Assembly: GCA_022821385.1 (NCBI GenBank)
Contig: JAJEDR010000089.1
Span: forward strand, 24,747-88,746
Source of the DNA: Rhodothermales bacterium
GTDB lineage: Bacteria; Bacteroidota; Rhodothermia; Rhodothermales; Bin80
Length of the DNA: 64,000 nt
Direction: 5' to 3'
Under the pieces are notes generated by a model that ran no database searches, was not told the DNA's origin, and saw only the letters and a list, made by a program, of their open reading frames with translations. The position numbers and the translations under genes were made by a program. Positions 51,685-61,850 of the stretch are shown in pieces (position 1 is the first letter of the stretch; every line of letters begins with the position of its first letter).

Positions 51685-54600
51685 CTATTGAGTTGACGTT
51701 TCGGCGGTTCGCAAATACGCGAACAGATCTTGAATTTCTTTATCGGACAGCACAGAGAGCAATTCTTCCGGCATTAATGATTCTTCGGAAACCTCCAGTG
51801 ATTGTATCTCGGTGCGATTCAGCACAACATCCTTTTGTCCAATGGGCCGGAGTGTAACCTGGCGGTCACTTTCACCTACCAGGGTTCCTATATACGTACG
51901 TCCGCCGCGGGTCGTTGCGAGCACCATCCGGTAATCGTCCTGGATGAACTCGTCCGGGTAAACGAGGTTACTGAGCAGGTAGTCTACATCCGTTCGATTA
52001 GATCCCGTCAGATCCGGGCCTATAAGTCCGCCGACACCATTCATTTGGTGGCATGCTCCGCAAGCCTGCGCAAATACGATCTGTCCACTGGCGGCATCCG
52101 CCGGCATTCCAGACGTTACTAGGGTGTGATATCGGGCATAATCCGCGGCTTTATCTCCCGGAAGTTCGTCAATCGGTCCCCAGATTTCTACAAAACCACT
52201 TCCCACAACACGCCGCATTTGCCGGGCGATCCAGACAGGAATATCATTACGCTGGATTGAACCATCACGGAGTGACTCAACCAGCATCCATCCGTAGACT
52301 GGACGCGATGCCATGGTTTGAATGATGGCCTCTTTTTCGGCGGGGGTTGCATCCACGTACATTGAGAGCAGAAGTTGCCCCAGTTCCTCGTCATCGAAAG
52401 CTGCGACTGCCTGGATTGACGCAGTTCGCATACTCGGGTCATTAATTAATTCAAACAGGGCTTGTCTGAGTGCGTCAGGCTGTGATGGTGCAAGTGTCGT
52501 CAACGCCGCAATCCGCCGCTCTGGAGACAAAGAAGCATTCATCACCTCAGTCATAAGTGCACGTTCAGCCTCTGCATCGCCAAACAGCTGGGCAACTGTG
52601 GTAGCCAGTGTACGGGTTTCACGTTTGCGTCGCAGTCTCCGGTAGGTACGATCCCAGTCTTCGGGTGCTTCTATATCTCCCGCACCTTCCAAGCCCGCCA
52701 GCATTCCCCGCAACAGATGCTCATTCCGGCTCGTGTGAAGTGCGGCTAGCAGTGGAGTCATATGTCCGGCTCCAACCAGTCGCCGCCCCACAAACTCCGT
52801 CATTTTCGGATAGTCATCCGCATCTTCAATTAGCAAAAGTGCACGTTCAGGTGCCTCCGCCACTAGTGGCTCAAGACCTGTCCATAATAAGGTTGGAATA
52901 TTTGGGTCCTCACCGTCCTCCGGGTAGTTCATCAACGCCGCAATGATTGGCCAGCGCCGCTCATTGGGGATCCGCTGAAGCATAGCTGCGAGGTATTTAC
53001 GTACGACGGGAGAGCTCTCCCCCTCGGAAAGTTTCTCAAGAGCCAGCTGAACGTCAGGATCTATTACGTCCTGTTCAGTAATGAATCGAACGCCCCATGC
53101 CCTTATGTAGGGTTCCCTGTCCTGCAGTGCACCCGAAAGAGATTCAAGCGAGAAATTACCTGTTATGTACAGCGACCACAGCGCTCGCAGTCTGAGGGGC
53201 GTTGTAGCACCAGTTTCATAAAGCGTGTGCAGATGAGTCAGGGCTGAGGCATCCAGAGCGCGCGTACTCGCTCGGTGCTGCAATATTACACGGGCGCGCC
53301 GGGCATGCCAGTCACTTCGGCTCTCCTGAAGCTCTGCCAGCTCAAGGTCGCTGAGCTGACGCAAATCCCCATAACGACCATCCCATTCCACGGCATGAGA
53401 CTCTGACGGTGTAATTCGAAAGATCCTCCCGGTATCCTTGTCCAGAACATCCCCTCCACAGATGTCAGCGTCGTGCCAGTCAAGAACATATAGTGCTCCC
53501 TCCGGGCCTATCTCCATACTGAAGCCAACCCATTGAGCATTATGTGCCATCATAAACTCATCTCCGTGACTGGCTACGAATCCACTACGACTTGGATGCA
53601 GGACATCACTCAGGACTGCGTGCTCATGAATGTTGGCCATGAACAGACGTCCTGTTTCCTCCGGGGCAAATGCATCAGATTGATAGATGCGGGCGCCCCC
53701 GTGCGCCGAACGGTGACGGTGGTCTACAATAGGAGCAATATCTTCGTATATATGGGGGTTTAAGTGAGTACCGCCCTGCCGCATGTAGATCCCGCCCGGG
53801 GTCACATGGAAAACGTGCGGGATCACACAGGCGCTTATAAAGAGTTCACCGTGTGCGTCGTAATCAATCCCCCAGGGGTTACTGAAGCCGTGTGCCACTG
53901 TTTCAAACTTGTCCTTTATCGGATGATAGCGCCATACGCCACCATTGATTTCCACACCGTCGGCCTGCAGTAGATCTTCCGGGAAGGCATCGTTATGTCC
54001 ATAGAGCCGTGCTTCTGGCCCTGGTTTTCTTATCACCGATGAGGTGGCAAACCCTTCAAGGCCGTAGAGCCATCCATCCGGCCCCCAGTGAAAACTGTTA
54101 ATCGTTTCGTGTCTGTCCCGAATCCCCCAGCCGGTAAGGCGGATCTCAATGTCATTGACATCTGCACGGTCATCGCCATTGCGATCGGGAATAAAGAGCA
54201 GATGGGGCGGGGCACCAATAAATACGCCATCAAAACCTATAGCCAGTGCACTCGGAAAAGCAATCCCTTCCATAAATACTTTTCGAACATCTGCGGTGCC
54301 ATCGCGATCGGTATCCTCCAGGATCACGATACGGCTATCTCCAGACCCTGAGAATCCTGTCTGACGTGATTCGTAGTCTCGATTCTCTGCTACCCACAAC
54401 CGCCCTCGATCATCCCAGGCAAATGCCATGGGCTGCGTGAGTAGCGGTTCACCGGCCCATGCGTTAACCTTGTAGCCCTCCTTGAGCGTCATCATCTCCG
54501 CTGCTGCTGTTGGGGTCAGGAATTCTGCTTCTCGTGCTTCCTGTTGTGCCAATCCCCATAGGGACGCGGTGGAATACATTGCACCGGAGCGGTCGGCATA

Positions 54601-55470
54601 GTCCTCCCATTTTTCCCGCATCGTGATGTCACTCATTTCTCCCGTATACACGAGTAAACGGTGCCGGATGGTTTCTGTATTACCGGCTTCAATGGTCCAG
54701 TCGCCAATTCTGGCACGAACGGGTCCTACCCCCAGTTGACCGTCCACACGCCAGGGCTGCGGGAAATCCGCATTATCAGGATGATCAAATATGGCTACAT
54801 GGGTCATGTCTTCGCGCCCCGGCAGAGCAAGACCGACGTCCATCCACATGGCCCGCTGGCCCTCAGCAAAATGATTGCGCTGTCGTGCAGCGTTCACTGC
54901 ACGTCCTTCCATACCCGGGGCCCAGGGCATCCGTAGAAACAGCCCGCCGTAATCATATTCGCCGACAACAATGTCGCTGATGGCCTTGCCTGTCCAGGTC
55001 AAATCCAGTACAACTGCACTGTCTGCTTCATGCATAGTCCAATTCTGGGTTTCCTGGAGAACAGGATTGCCGTTCTCGTCAAGTAGATTATAGACGGTAG
55101 CCCAGCCAATCGTGTCTCCGGCGGTTCTGGTTACCATCACAGTATCTCGCTGCCAATAATCCCCCTCCGGGTGATGGAAGTAATCCCGACCATTCAGCCG
55201 TGTGAAGCCCCAGTACAGGCCGGTCTGATGGCGATGATGGTCGGGGCTGAATTGTGTCACTGAGGTCGCACCATCCGGGGTCAGGATCGGATGCAAAAAC
55301 GGCCTGAAGTCCTGCGCAGACTGCACCACCAGTGCAGTATCTCCACGGACATCGTTCAGTACAATAACCTGATCATCCGTTTCTAATGCCCTCAGGTGAG
55401 AAGTCTCGGTTACACTGGACGTGCAGCCTGCAAGGGCAACCACAACTACTATTGGAAACAAGTTTTTCAT
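51685..55470 (-). CDS. large lipoprotein fusing PmoA-like (DUF6807), membrane-bound-dehydrogenase beta-propeller, HEAT repeats and a C-terminal cytochrome c (PVC-type heme-binding CxxCH protein)
   Basis: Lipobox VALAGC at the preferred start 55470. N-terminal FRPFLHPILTPDG...PDHHRHQTGLYWGF...YGGLFLRM (PmoA-like). Then GEPLLTQPMAFAWDDRGRLWVAEN...DGTAD (dehydrogenase domain). CGACH at 52048-52062, followed by a GPDLTG...SLMPE tail. Confidence 0.8.
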   Translation of the reverse strand: MKNLFPIVVVVALAGCTSSVTETSHLRALETDDQVIVLNDVRGDTALVVQSAQDFRPFLHPILTPDGATSVTQFSPDHHRHQTGLYWGFTRLNGRDYFHHPEGDYWQRDTVMVTRTAGDTIGWATVYNLLDENGNPVLQETQNWTMHEADSAVVLDLTWTGKAISDIVVGEYDYGGLFLRMPWAPGMEGRAVNAARQRNHFAEGQRAMWMDVGLALPGREDMTHVAIFDHPDNADFPQPWRVDGQLGVGPVRARIGDWTIEAGNTETIRHRLLVYTGEMSDITMREKWEDYADRSGAMYSTASLWGLAQQEAREAEFLTPTAAAEMMTLKEGYKVNAWAGEPLLTQPMAFAWDDRGRLWVAENRDYESRQTGFSGSGDSRIVILEDTDRDGTADVRKVFMEGIAFPSALAIGFDGVFIGAPPHLLFIPDRNGDDRADVNDIEIRLTGWGIRDRHETINSFHWGPDGWLYGLEGFATSSVIRKPGPEARLYGHNDAFPEDLLQADGVEINGGVWRYHPIKDKFETVAHGFSNPWGIDYDAHGELFISACVIPHVFHVTPGGIYMRQGGTHLNPHIYEDIAPIVDHRHRSAHGGARIYQSDAFAPEETGRLFMANIHEHAVLSDVLHPSRSGFVASHGDEFMMAHNAQWVGFSMEIGPEGALYVLDWHDADICGGDVLDKDTGRIFRITPSESHAVEWDGRYGDLRQLSDLELAELQESRSDWHARRARVILQHRASTRALDASALTHLHTLYETGATTPLRLRALWSLYITGNFSLESLSGALQDREPYIRAWGVRFITEQDVIDPDVQLALEKLSEGESSPVVRKYLAAMLQRIPNERRWPIIAALMNYPEDGEDPNIPTLLWTGLEPLVAEAPERALLLIEDADDYPKMTEFVGRRLVGAGHMTPLLAALHTSRNEHLLRGMLAGLEGAGDIEAPEDWDRTYRRLRRKRETRTLATTVAQLFGDAEAERALMTEVMNASLSPERRIAALTTLAPSQPDALRQALFELINDPSMRTASIQAVAAFDDEELGQLLLSMYVDATPAEKEAIIQTMASRPVYGWMLVESLRDGSIQRNDIPVWIARQMRRVVGSGFVEIWGPIDELPGDKAADYARYHTLVTSGMPADAASGQIVFAQACGACHQMNGVGGLIGPDLTGSNRTDVDYLLSNLVYPDEFIQDDYRMVLATTRGGRTYIGTLVGESDRQVTLRPIGQKDVVLNRTEIQSLEVSEESLMPEELLSVLSDKEIQDLFAYLRTAETSTQ

Positions 55471-55917
55471 GGGTAGATTATCCGTTAGGAAACCTCGTTC
55501 AGTATCTTTTTGCATCCAGCCACCGGATAAGGTACTGTCTGCCTTCATTCAACCTCCTGAAAGTACGGATGAACAGTTATGTTCGGTACCAATAGCCTGA
55601 AACAACTGGCTATAGTGTCTGGGGTTCGCACATAATCTTCAGCACAAGGTAGCGACAATCTTCGTTTTGGCGCTTCCATTGACATTGCGTGCGATCACAG
55701 GTTTTCGCTCCGCAGTTACAGATCTTATACGGACACCACACTCATTTATCGGGTCTTCCCCTCAGACTGTGGCGTATGACACCTTTTTCATAAGCGACCT
55801 ATTAATACTCACCGGAATGAGGGGCCAGAAGTATTTTCTCAATGTTCGCTAATTAATTTCCGCGGTGGGGAGACCCCATACAGAGGTAGGGGAAAGAATC
55901 CATTGGTCATGGTGTGG

Positions 55918-56364
55918 TTAAAAACGAAGATATCCGCCCATGTGAAAGAGGACAATAGGATCATCAAACACATTTCCCAGATGGACAGTAGTACGTGCTC
56001 CGTAGCGCCGCCCAAGAACCAGACCTACTCCGAAAGTCTGGGAAACAGTCCCCCCATCGTACTCAATACCTGTTCTTAATTCGGGTCGCACAAGCCAATT
56101 GGAGCGAGCTGTCAACACTGAAACTCCGATTCGGATTGCTGATCCCGTTAGGTCCTGACATCTATAATTCTCCACCATACCATAAAGTGAGAGCGGACCA
56201 ACGACCTGTCCGGTGACGCGAATGTAATGCGCAGGGCAAGCTTCCCCGCCTCCTCCGACGAGTCCAGCTTCCAGCATGAAACGGTCAGGTGGTTCCTGAG
56301 CAAGTAGTCGTGACGGCGCGACTAGAGAAAAAAAGATGAATAGTATCCAGATATTGAGCTTCAT
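55918..56364 (-). CDS. small outer-membrane beta-barrel protein, tentative
   Basis: Signal peptide ...SRLLAQE, 148 aa, C-terminal GGYLRF (terminal aromatic typical of OMPs). Confidence 0.5.
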   Translation of the reverse strand: MKLNIWILFIFFSLVAPSRLLAQEPPDRFMLEAGLVGGGGEACPAHYIRVTGQVVGPLSLYGMVENYRCQDLTGSAIRIGVSVLTARSNWLVRPELRTGIEYDGGTVSQTFGVGLVLGRRYGARTTVHLGNVFDDPIVLFHMGGYLRF

Positions 56365-57276
56365 GTTATTCTGCAGTTAGTCACGGACTACCTCTGTCCT
56401 GCGATGGGTGCTCCAGGTGAGATAATTCCCCGCTTTCCCTGATGTAGATGCCGTTTCAATGGTTCAAAATGGTACCTATTGCTTGAAGTCATTGTCTACT
56501 CTGGTGGAAGATGCAACTGAGCAAATTCCCTTAGTCCATCACAGATACAATGTGTTCGTACCATCGGGGGATCGGTGAAATCAAAATTCAATTGTTCCAC
56601 ACGAGCCGCGGCTGAACCAGTAAGAGGGCCTACGCGGGCATGAGTGATACTGAAGATACGATCCCGTAATCAGTACTTTACCAACGGGCACAGAGATGCC
56701 CCAATTAAAGTGGGGTATGGGAGCTCTTGATTTCTGGCAATGTGGTGACTTTGGATTTGACCGTGTTGTTTCAGTACTCGGATCTGGGCTTCTCAGTGCC
56801 CGTTTTGCGGGATTGGAGTAAGAGATCGTTGTTCAATGTCGAAGCGCGCCGTGGCAATCCTGTCGTTGGTACTGATTCGAATCCGACCGTCGGGTGCTTC
56901 TCCGTTTCGTGTTCGTAAGCTTGCGATTGATGCACTCAGTGATATTCGTGGTTCAGGTCGATTTTGCAGTGGCTCGGCGGCTCTAGATTGTAGGTGGCAG
57001 AGGTTTCCTCCAAGCCTCCTTTAAGCGGGACGCTGCCTGCGGACATCAGGATTGCAGGATCGTAATCAGTGTGGTCTGATTTTCTATTGCTTGTGCACAT
57101 GTTCGGACCGCAAAGGCCGCTTGAAGCTCCTTCTTTATCTGTTCGGCAAAGTCTTGGTTGGTGATCTTGGAGGTTATCTTTTCCCCGTTTTTGCCGCCGG
57201 CTGGCTTTTCCCAGGCTACTTGGACATTAATGCAAAAAATCACTATCTTGTACTTTATGATAAAATATTGTTTCTC

Positions 57277-60129
57277 ATGCCTATTCTAAGATTTACCTTG
57301 ATGTTTAGTCTAGCATGTTCGGTGGTTCCCACTGCGCTGGCTCAGATGACTGTCCGTGGGACGGTTAATGACGGAGAAACCGGAGATCCATTGGAGTTCG
57401 TAACGGTTGTCATTGAAGGGACTAGCATAGGAACTACTACGTCGTCAGATGGCACATATGAAATTGAAGTTCGCTCTGAGAATGACATCCTGGTGTTCTC
57501 GTTTGTCGGATATGTGACGCAACGCCTTTCGCCTCCGATGGATGGGGAGGAACTGAATGTGACACTTGTTCCATCCATTGAAGACATTGAGGGTCTGGTT
57601 GTTGTTGGGACACGGCGACTGCCGCGACTTGTTACCGATTCAGCAGTGCCCATTGATGTCATCTCTCCGCGGGATCTGCGGAGCACCGCGAGCACGGATA
57701 TTGATGATATTCTCCGCTCCCAAATCCCCTCCTACAACGTCCAGAGGCATGAGATTGATGGGTCTACCACTTTTGTAAGACCTCCGACGTTAAGGGGGCT
57801 GTCACCTGATAATACGATCCTCCTTGTCAATGGGAAACGCCGCCATCGCACCGGTTCTCTTGCTTTATTTGGGAGCGCGCTGATCCTTGGCTCCCAAGGA
57901 CCGGATATGAACATGATCCCGAGCATTGCAATTAAGCAGTTTGAAGTATTACGTGATGGGGCATCCGCCCAGTACGGTGCAGATGCGATTGCTGGAGTTT
58001 TCAACCTGCAACTCCGCGATGCGGATCACGGGTTTTCTGTTCAGTCGCAGGTAGGGCAGTATCACCAGGGTGACGGGCGCTACGTGACTATTGCAGCCAA
58101 TGCGGGCTTTCCGCTCACCGACGATGGCTTCGTGAATGTGAGTCTTGAGTATCGTAATACCGAGCCGACTAGCCGTTCAGTGAACCAGGTGGCTGCGACA
58201 AATCTCGAGAGTAAAGGGTATCCGGTCAAGCTTCCTGGAATTATCTGGGGGAATCCAGACATTGATCATGCCATTACCGCGTTTGTGAATGCTGAACTGG
58301 ATCTTACCGCATCCACAGAGTTGTACGCCTTCGGAGGGTATGGTCAACACTCTGGCAATGGGAGCTATTTTTTCAGAATGCCGGGAGGAAGTATCGCTCG
58401 TGCCAATGTCTTCCGGTTTGGGTCTGGTGAAGATGCAATTCGTGCAGTTGCAGATCTTGATCCAAATGATGGAATTGATTGCCTTAGTTCGGAAATTCTT
58501 CCCCCACTGGATTCAAACTTTGATGCAGTTCAATCTTTCGTACAGCAGTACCGTGGGACCTGCTTTCTCTTCAACGAAGACTATCCGGGGGGCTTCACTC
58601 CCCGGTTTGGGGCGGACATCTCAGATGTAAGTGCAGTCGCCGGCGTTAGGGGGTACACTCAGTCTGGGCTGACTTGGGATGTGAGTGCAAGTCTGGGCAG
58701 AAGCCTCATGGACTATTTCATTCGCAATACCGTGAATGCTTCCTGGGGCCCCGAGAGTCCCAGCGAGTTCCGTCAGCGTGATTTCGTGCAGCAGGAATAC
58801 AGCGTTAACCTGGATATGAGCTATCCGGTTGATTTGGAGAGCTTTTATTCACCACTGAATATTGCCTGGGGAGCGCAGTGGCGTACGGAGATATTTGAAA
58901 CCCTGCCTGGGGACTTCCATTCATACTCGGTCGGCCCTTATGTACGACAGGGCCCTTACACTTTTTCTGTCGGCTCTAATGGAGATCAAGGAATTCCTCC
59001 CGCGTATGCTGGAAGTTGGGGGCGCCCAAACTATGCCGCATACATTGATCTGGAAGCGGACATCGTTCGGTCCTTCCAACTTGGCATTGCCGGACGCTAC
59101 GAAAACTTCTATGAGGATTTTGGTACTACGATCACCGGAAAGGTAGCAGCATTGTGGCGTGCAACACCAGCGATGAGTTTACGGGGTTCCGTCAGTACAG
59201 GAGTTCGTGCACCCACGCCTGGGCAGGTCAATCTTCAGAACATCCAAACAAATTTCCACCCCGTTTTCGGGCTGATTGATGCCGGGCAGATACCTTCCTA
59301 TCACCCGATTTCGCAAGCACTTGGTGGAAAGCCATTGACCGAAGAATCCGCACTGAACCTGACATTTGGTACGATCCTTCGACTTTCACCTGATCTGGTT
59401 CTCACCGCGGACATGTTCAGCATTACGCTGCGGGACCGCATTGCACTCAGTGGTAGTATTCCACTTTCTGACGAGCTTACAGGAATTCTCAGACGATCTG
59501 GACAACTCGCCGGATTTGAGACATTGCAAGAGGTGAAGTTCTTTTCTAACGACTTTGATACTCGTCAATTCGGGGTTGACATACTCCTGTCCCTTGACAG
59601 AGAATACGGTGATAACCGGGCGACTATCGCGAGCATCGCATATAATTGGACTCGTCCAGAACTGCTGGATTTTTCAGAGCCTACCACGATCACCGAGTTT
59701 CTGGGAGAACGTCTGACCGAAACTACAGAAGTCAGCATCTTGTCTCCGAGACGTAAGGTGGAAATGGAGCACGTAAATCCACATCATCGGATTATTGCAA
59801 CGGGTCGCCAGATGATGGGCCCTTACCATGGTATGCTACGCCTCAACTATTACAGCGGATGGAAAGCGTGTGTTCTGTTCAGTTTTACCTGCACACTAGG
59901 CGGGGAGGATGTCCTGCGGAGCTACACTGGAAGCTGGATTGTAGATGCAGAAGTGGGGTATCGGTTTAGGGAGAACTATGCTGCTGCATTCGGGGTCAAC
60001 AATATCTTTGCGATTGACCGTCCTGCCGATCAAATTGAACAAGACAGTCAAGGCAATGCAAACGTCCCCAGTACACCATGGGATTACAACGGCGCGGCAT
60101 TGTACTTGAGACTCTCAGCGGACTTTTAG
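57277..60129 (+). CDS. TonB-dependent receptor with N-terminal carboxypeptidase-regulatory-like domain
   Basis: Signal peptide MPILRFTLMFSLACSVVPTALAQ, then VRGTVNDGETGDPLEFVTVVIEG...DGTYEI and a plug (LVNGKRRH, FEVLRDGASAQYGADAIAGVFN). Terminal LRLSADF. The ATG at 57277 is preferred over the 75-codon upstream extension in the ORF track. Confidence 0.9.
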   Translation: MPILRFTLMFSLACSVVPTALAQMTVRGTVNDGETGDPLEFVTVVIEGTSIGTTTSSDGTYEIEVRSENDILVFSFVGYVTQRLSPPMDGEELNVTLVPSIEDIEGLVVVGTRRLPRLVTDSAVPIDVISPRDLRSTASTDIDDILRSQIPSYNVQRHEIDGSTTFVRPPTLRGLSPDNTILLVNGKRRHRTGSLALFGSALILGSQGPDMNMIPSIAIKQFEVLRDGASAQYGADAIAGVFNLQLRDADHGFSVQSQVGQYHQGDGRYVTIAANAGFPLTDDGFVNVSLEYRNTEPTSRSVNQVAATNLESKGYPVKLPGIIWGNPDIDHAITAFVNAELDLTASTELYAFGGYGQHSGNGSYFFRMPGGSIARANVFRFGSGEDAIRAVADLDPNDGIDCLSSEILPPLDSNFDAVQSFVQQYRGTCFLFNEDYPGGFTPRFGADISDVSAVAGVRGYTQSGLTWDVSASLGRSLMDYFIRNTVNASWGPESPSEFRQRDFVQQEYSVNLDMSYPVDLESFYSPLNIAWGAQWRTEIFETLPGDFHSYSVGPYVRQGPYTFSVGSNGDQGIPPAYAGSWGRPNYAAYIDLEADIVRSFQLGIAGRYENFYEDFGTTITGKVAALWRATPAMSLRGSVSTGVRAPTPGQVNLQNIQTNFHPVFGLIDAGQIPSYHPISQALGGKPLTEESALNLTFGTILRLSPDLVLTADMFSITLRDRIALSGSIPLSDELTGILRRSGQLAGFETLQEVKFFSNDFDTRQFGVDILLSLDREYGDNRATIASIAYNWTRPELLDFSEPTTITEFLGERLTETTEVSILSPRRKVEMEHVNPHHRIIATGRQMMGPYHGMLRLNYYSGWKACVLFSFTCTLGGEDVLRSYTGSWIVDAEVGYRFRENYAAAFGVNNIFAIDRPADQIEQDSQGNANVPSTPWDYNGAALYLRLSADF

Positions 60130-60205
60130 TTCGTGTTCAATGCTAGGCAGTGATTGTCGGCGGAGGTAGGAATACAGTGATTGCGGTTGGTGTTGCCAAT
60201 AGACG

Positions 60206-60226
60206 AGGGGCACCAGACGTGCCCCT
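60206..60226 (+). terminator. stem-loop downstream of the TonB-dependent receptor
   Basis: AGGGGCAC-CAGAC-GTGCCCCT (8-bp GC-rich stem) followed by GATTT, 77 nt after the stop. Confidence 0.5.
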
Positions 60227-60444
60227 GATTTACTGAGAGTTCGGCTACGGAAGGGCGCACTCCAAATCTTCGAGCGTGGTGGAGGGTGTACTCAGTGTTC
60301 GGGGCGTAATACTTGCCGGTTTGAAAGTCATTGGAATCAGCTGTCTTGTAGCAGGTGACGTCCCACGGTATCCTATAACGGGGATAACTTCTGACGGGAC
60401 TTAAGTGAGCATCGCGTAGCCCCTTTGATTCTACGGGTAGTTCT

Positions 60445-61782
60445 TCAAGCCTGTCTGCGCAGACGAGCTGCAAACGCACCGTCCATGTTGTGTTGATGTT
60501 GCAGCGTGACCATATATCCAGTGGAGTTTACAAATGCTGGAGAGAGTAATTCTCCCGCGTTTTCCAGGGTGAAGTTTGTTCGGCGCTCAAGAAAAGCACT
60601 AATCCGCGATTCGTTCTCCTCCGGCTCAATAGAACAGGTACTGTAGACGAGGAGTCCACCAGGGCGCAAACGATCGGCGGCTGCATCCAACAGTTGGTCC
60701 TGCAATTCGGCCAGCTTCACCATATCATCTTCACTCCGCCGCCAGCGTAAATCGGCTCGCTTACTCAAGACTCCAGTGCCGCTGCACGGCACATCCAGAA
60801 GGACACGGTCGGCTTGCATATCCGGGCCAACAAGGAGGCTGGTTTCGATAGTATGAATGTTCTCCAAGCCCTGTACACGCGCCGAGTCTCTCAGCTTTTG
60901 TAGTCGGCTTGCATGAATATCCCAGGCATTCAATTTTCCCGTGCCTCGCATGCGACAGGCAATGGCTGTGGCTTTGCCCCCAGGAGCCGCACACGCATCC
61001 AGTATGGTTTCACCGGGTTTGGGGTTGAGCAGTTTTACGATCAATCCCGCACTTTCATCATGCACCGCGCATTGACCGCGATCCATATAGCCCTGCCTGA
61101 TCAGTGGACCCAAGGAGTCAACGGTGAAGTAGTCCTCTAGGGAAGGTGAGGCGTGCAACGCCACTCCCTTCGAATTCAGTTCGTCCAAGAGTTCTTGTAC
61201 ATTCGCACGTGTTCGGCACACACGAATACTGTAAGTTGGCGGCATATTGTTGCACTGCAAAAGACGAAGGGCTTCGTCCCTGCCAAAACGCTGTACATAT
61301 CGGCGTGTGAGCCAGGTTGGATGTGACCAGCGAATCGATAAATCACGAATTGAATTTCCTGTATCGGGTTCAGGTAGCCTGTCCCTCGCACGTACTACTG
61401 ATCTGAGCACACCATTTGTAAGCCCGGTATGTAATCGCATGGATCGTGCCAGGTTTACGGTTTCGTTGACAACTGCATAAGGGGGCGCATGCAGGAGGAT
61501 GATTTCTGCTATTCCCAAGAGAAGAAGCTGCTCCAGTTCTGGCTGAAGGCGTTGATGGTTTTTCCGCCGAAAATGGTGTAGCAGGAACGACAGATAACGC
61601 CTCCATCGGGTTACAGTAGATACCAAGGCAACGACCCGTGGACCCGTTCCGCGATCAATCAGGCTCCGATAAGCTCCATCATGTGTGATGCGCAGTAACT
61701 GTTCCACCGCAGTCCTGCGATCATTAGATGATTTGGCAATAGTTTTAGTCCTCGTCTTGCCCATGCCGTGTATACGCTGCAT
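60445..61782 (-). CDS. rsmB: 16S rRNA (cytosine967-C5)-methyltransferase
   Basis: NusB-like N-terminal domain, LDACAAPGGKAT and LLDVPCSGTGVL motifs. Confidence 0.9.
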   Translation of the reverse strand: MQRIHGMGKTRTKTIAKSSNDRRTAVEQLLRITHDGAYRSLIDRGTGPRVVALVSTVTRWRRYLSFLLHHFRRKNHQRLQPELEQLLLLGIAEIILLHAPPYAVVNETVNLARSMRLHTGLTNGVLRSVVRARDRLPEPDTGNSIRDLSIRWSHPTWLTRRYVQRFGRDEALRLLQCNNMPPTYSIRVCRTRANVQELLDELNSKGVALHASPSLEDYFTVDSLGPLIRQGYMDRGQCAVHDESAGLIVKLLNPKPGETILDACAAPGGKATAIACRMRGTGKLNAWDIHASRLQKLRDSARVQGLENIHTIETSLLVGPDMQADRVLLDVPCSGTGVLSKRADLRWRRSEDDMVKLAELQDQLLDAAADRLRPGGLLVYSTCSIEPEENESRISAFLERRTNFTLENAGELLSPAFVNSTGYMVTLQHQHNMDGAFAARLRRQA

Positions 61783-61850
61783 ATCCGCTTGGGACGCAAA
61801 GTGTTACACTTCACGGGTTAAGTTGTATACCTGTTTATTCACGAACACTC

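Noticed and set aside
57046-57243. 65-aa minus-strand ORF with protein-like composition next to the receptor start.
   Set aside because: GTG start, no recognisable family, and only 33 nt from the divergent receptor start. Noted within the leader finding but not called as a gene.
56365-57276. Cobalamin or TPP riboswitch upstream of the TonB-dependent receptor.
   Set aside because: No + strand B12 box, GGTGAAA..CC..GCCACTG arrangement or CTGAGA/ACCTGATCTGGATAATGCCAGC core. A lone GCCACTG exists only on the minus strand (about 56969-56975), without the other conserved elements.
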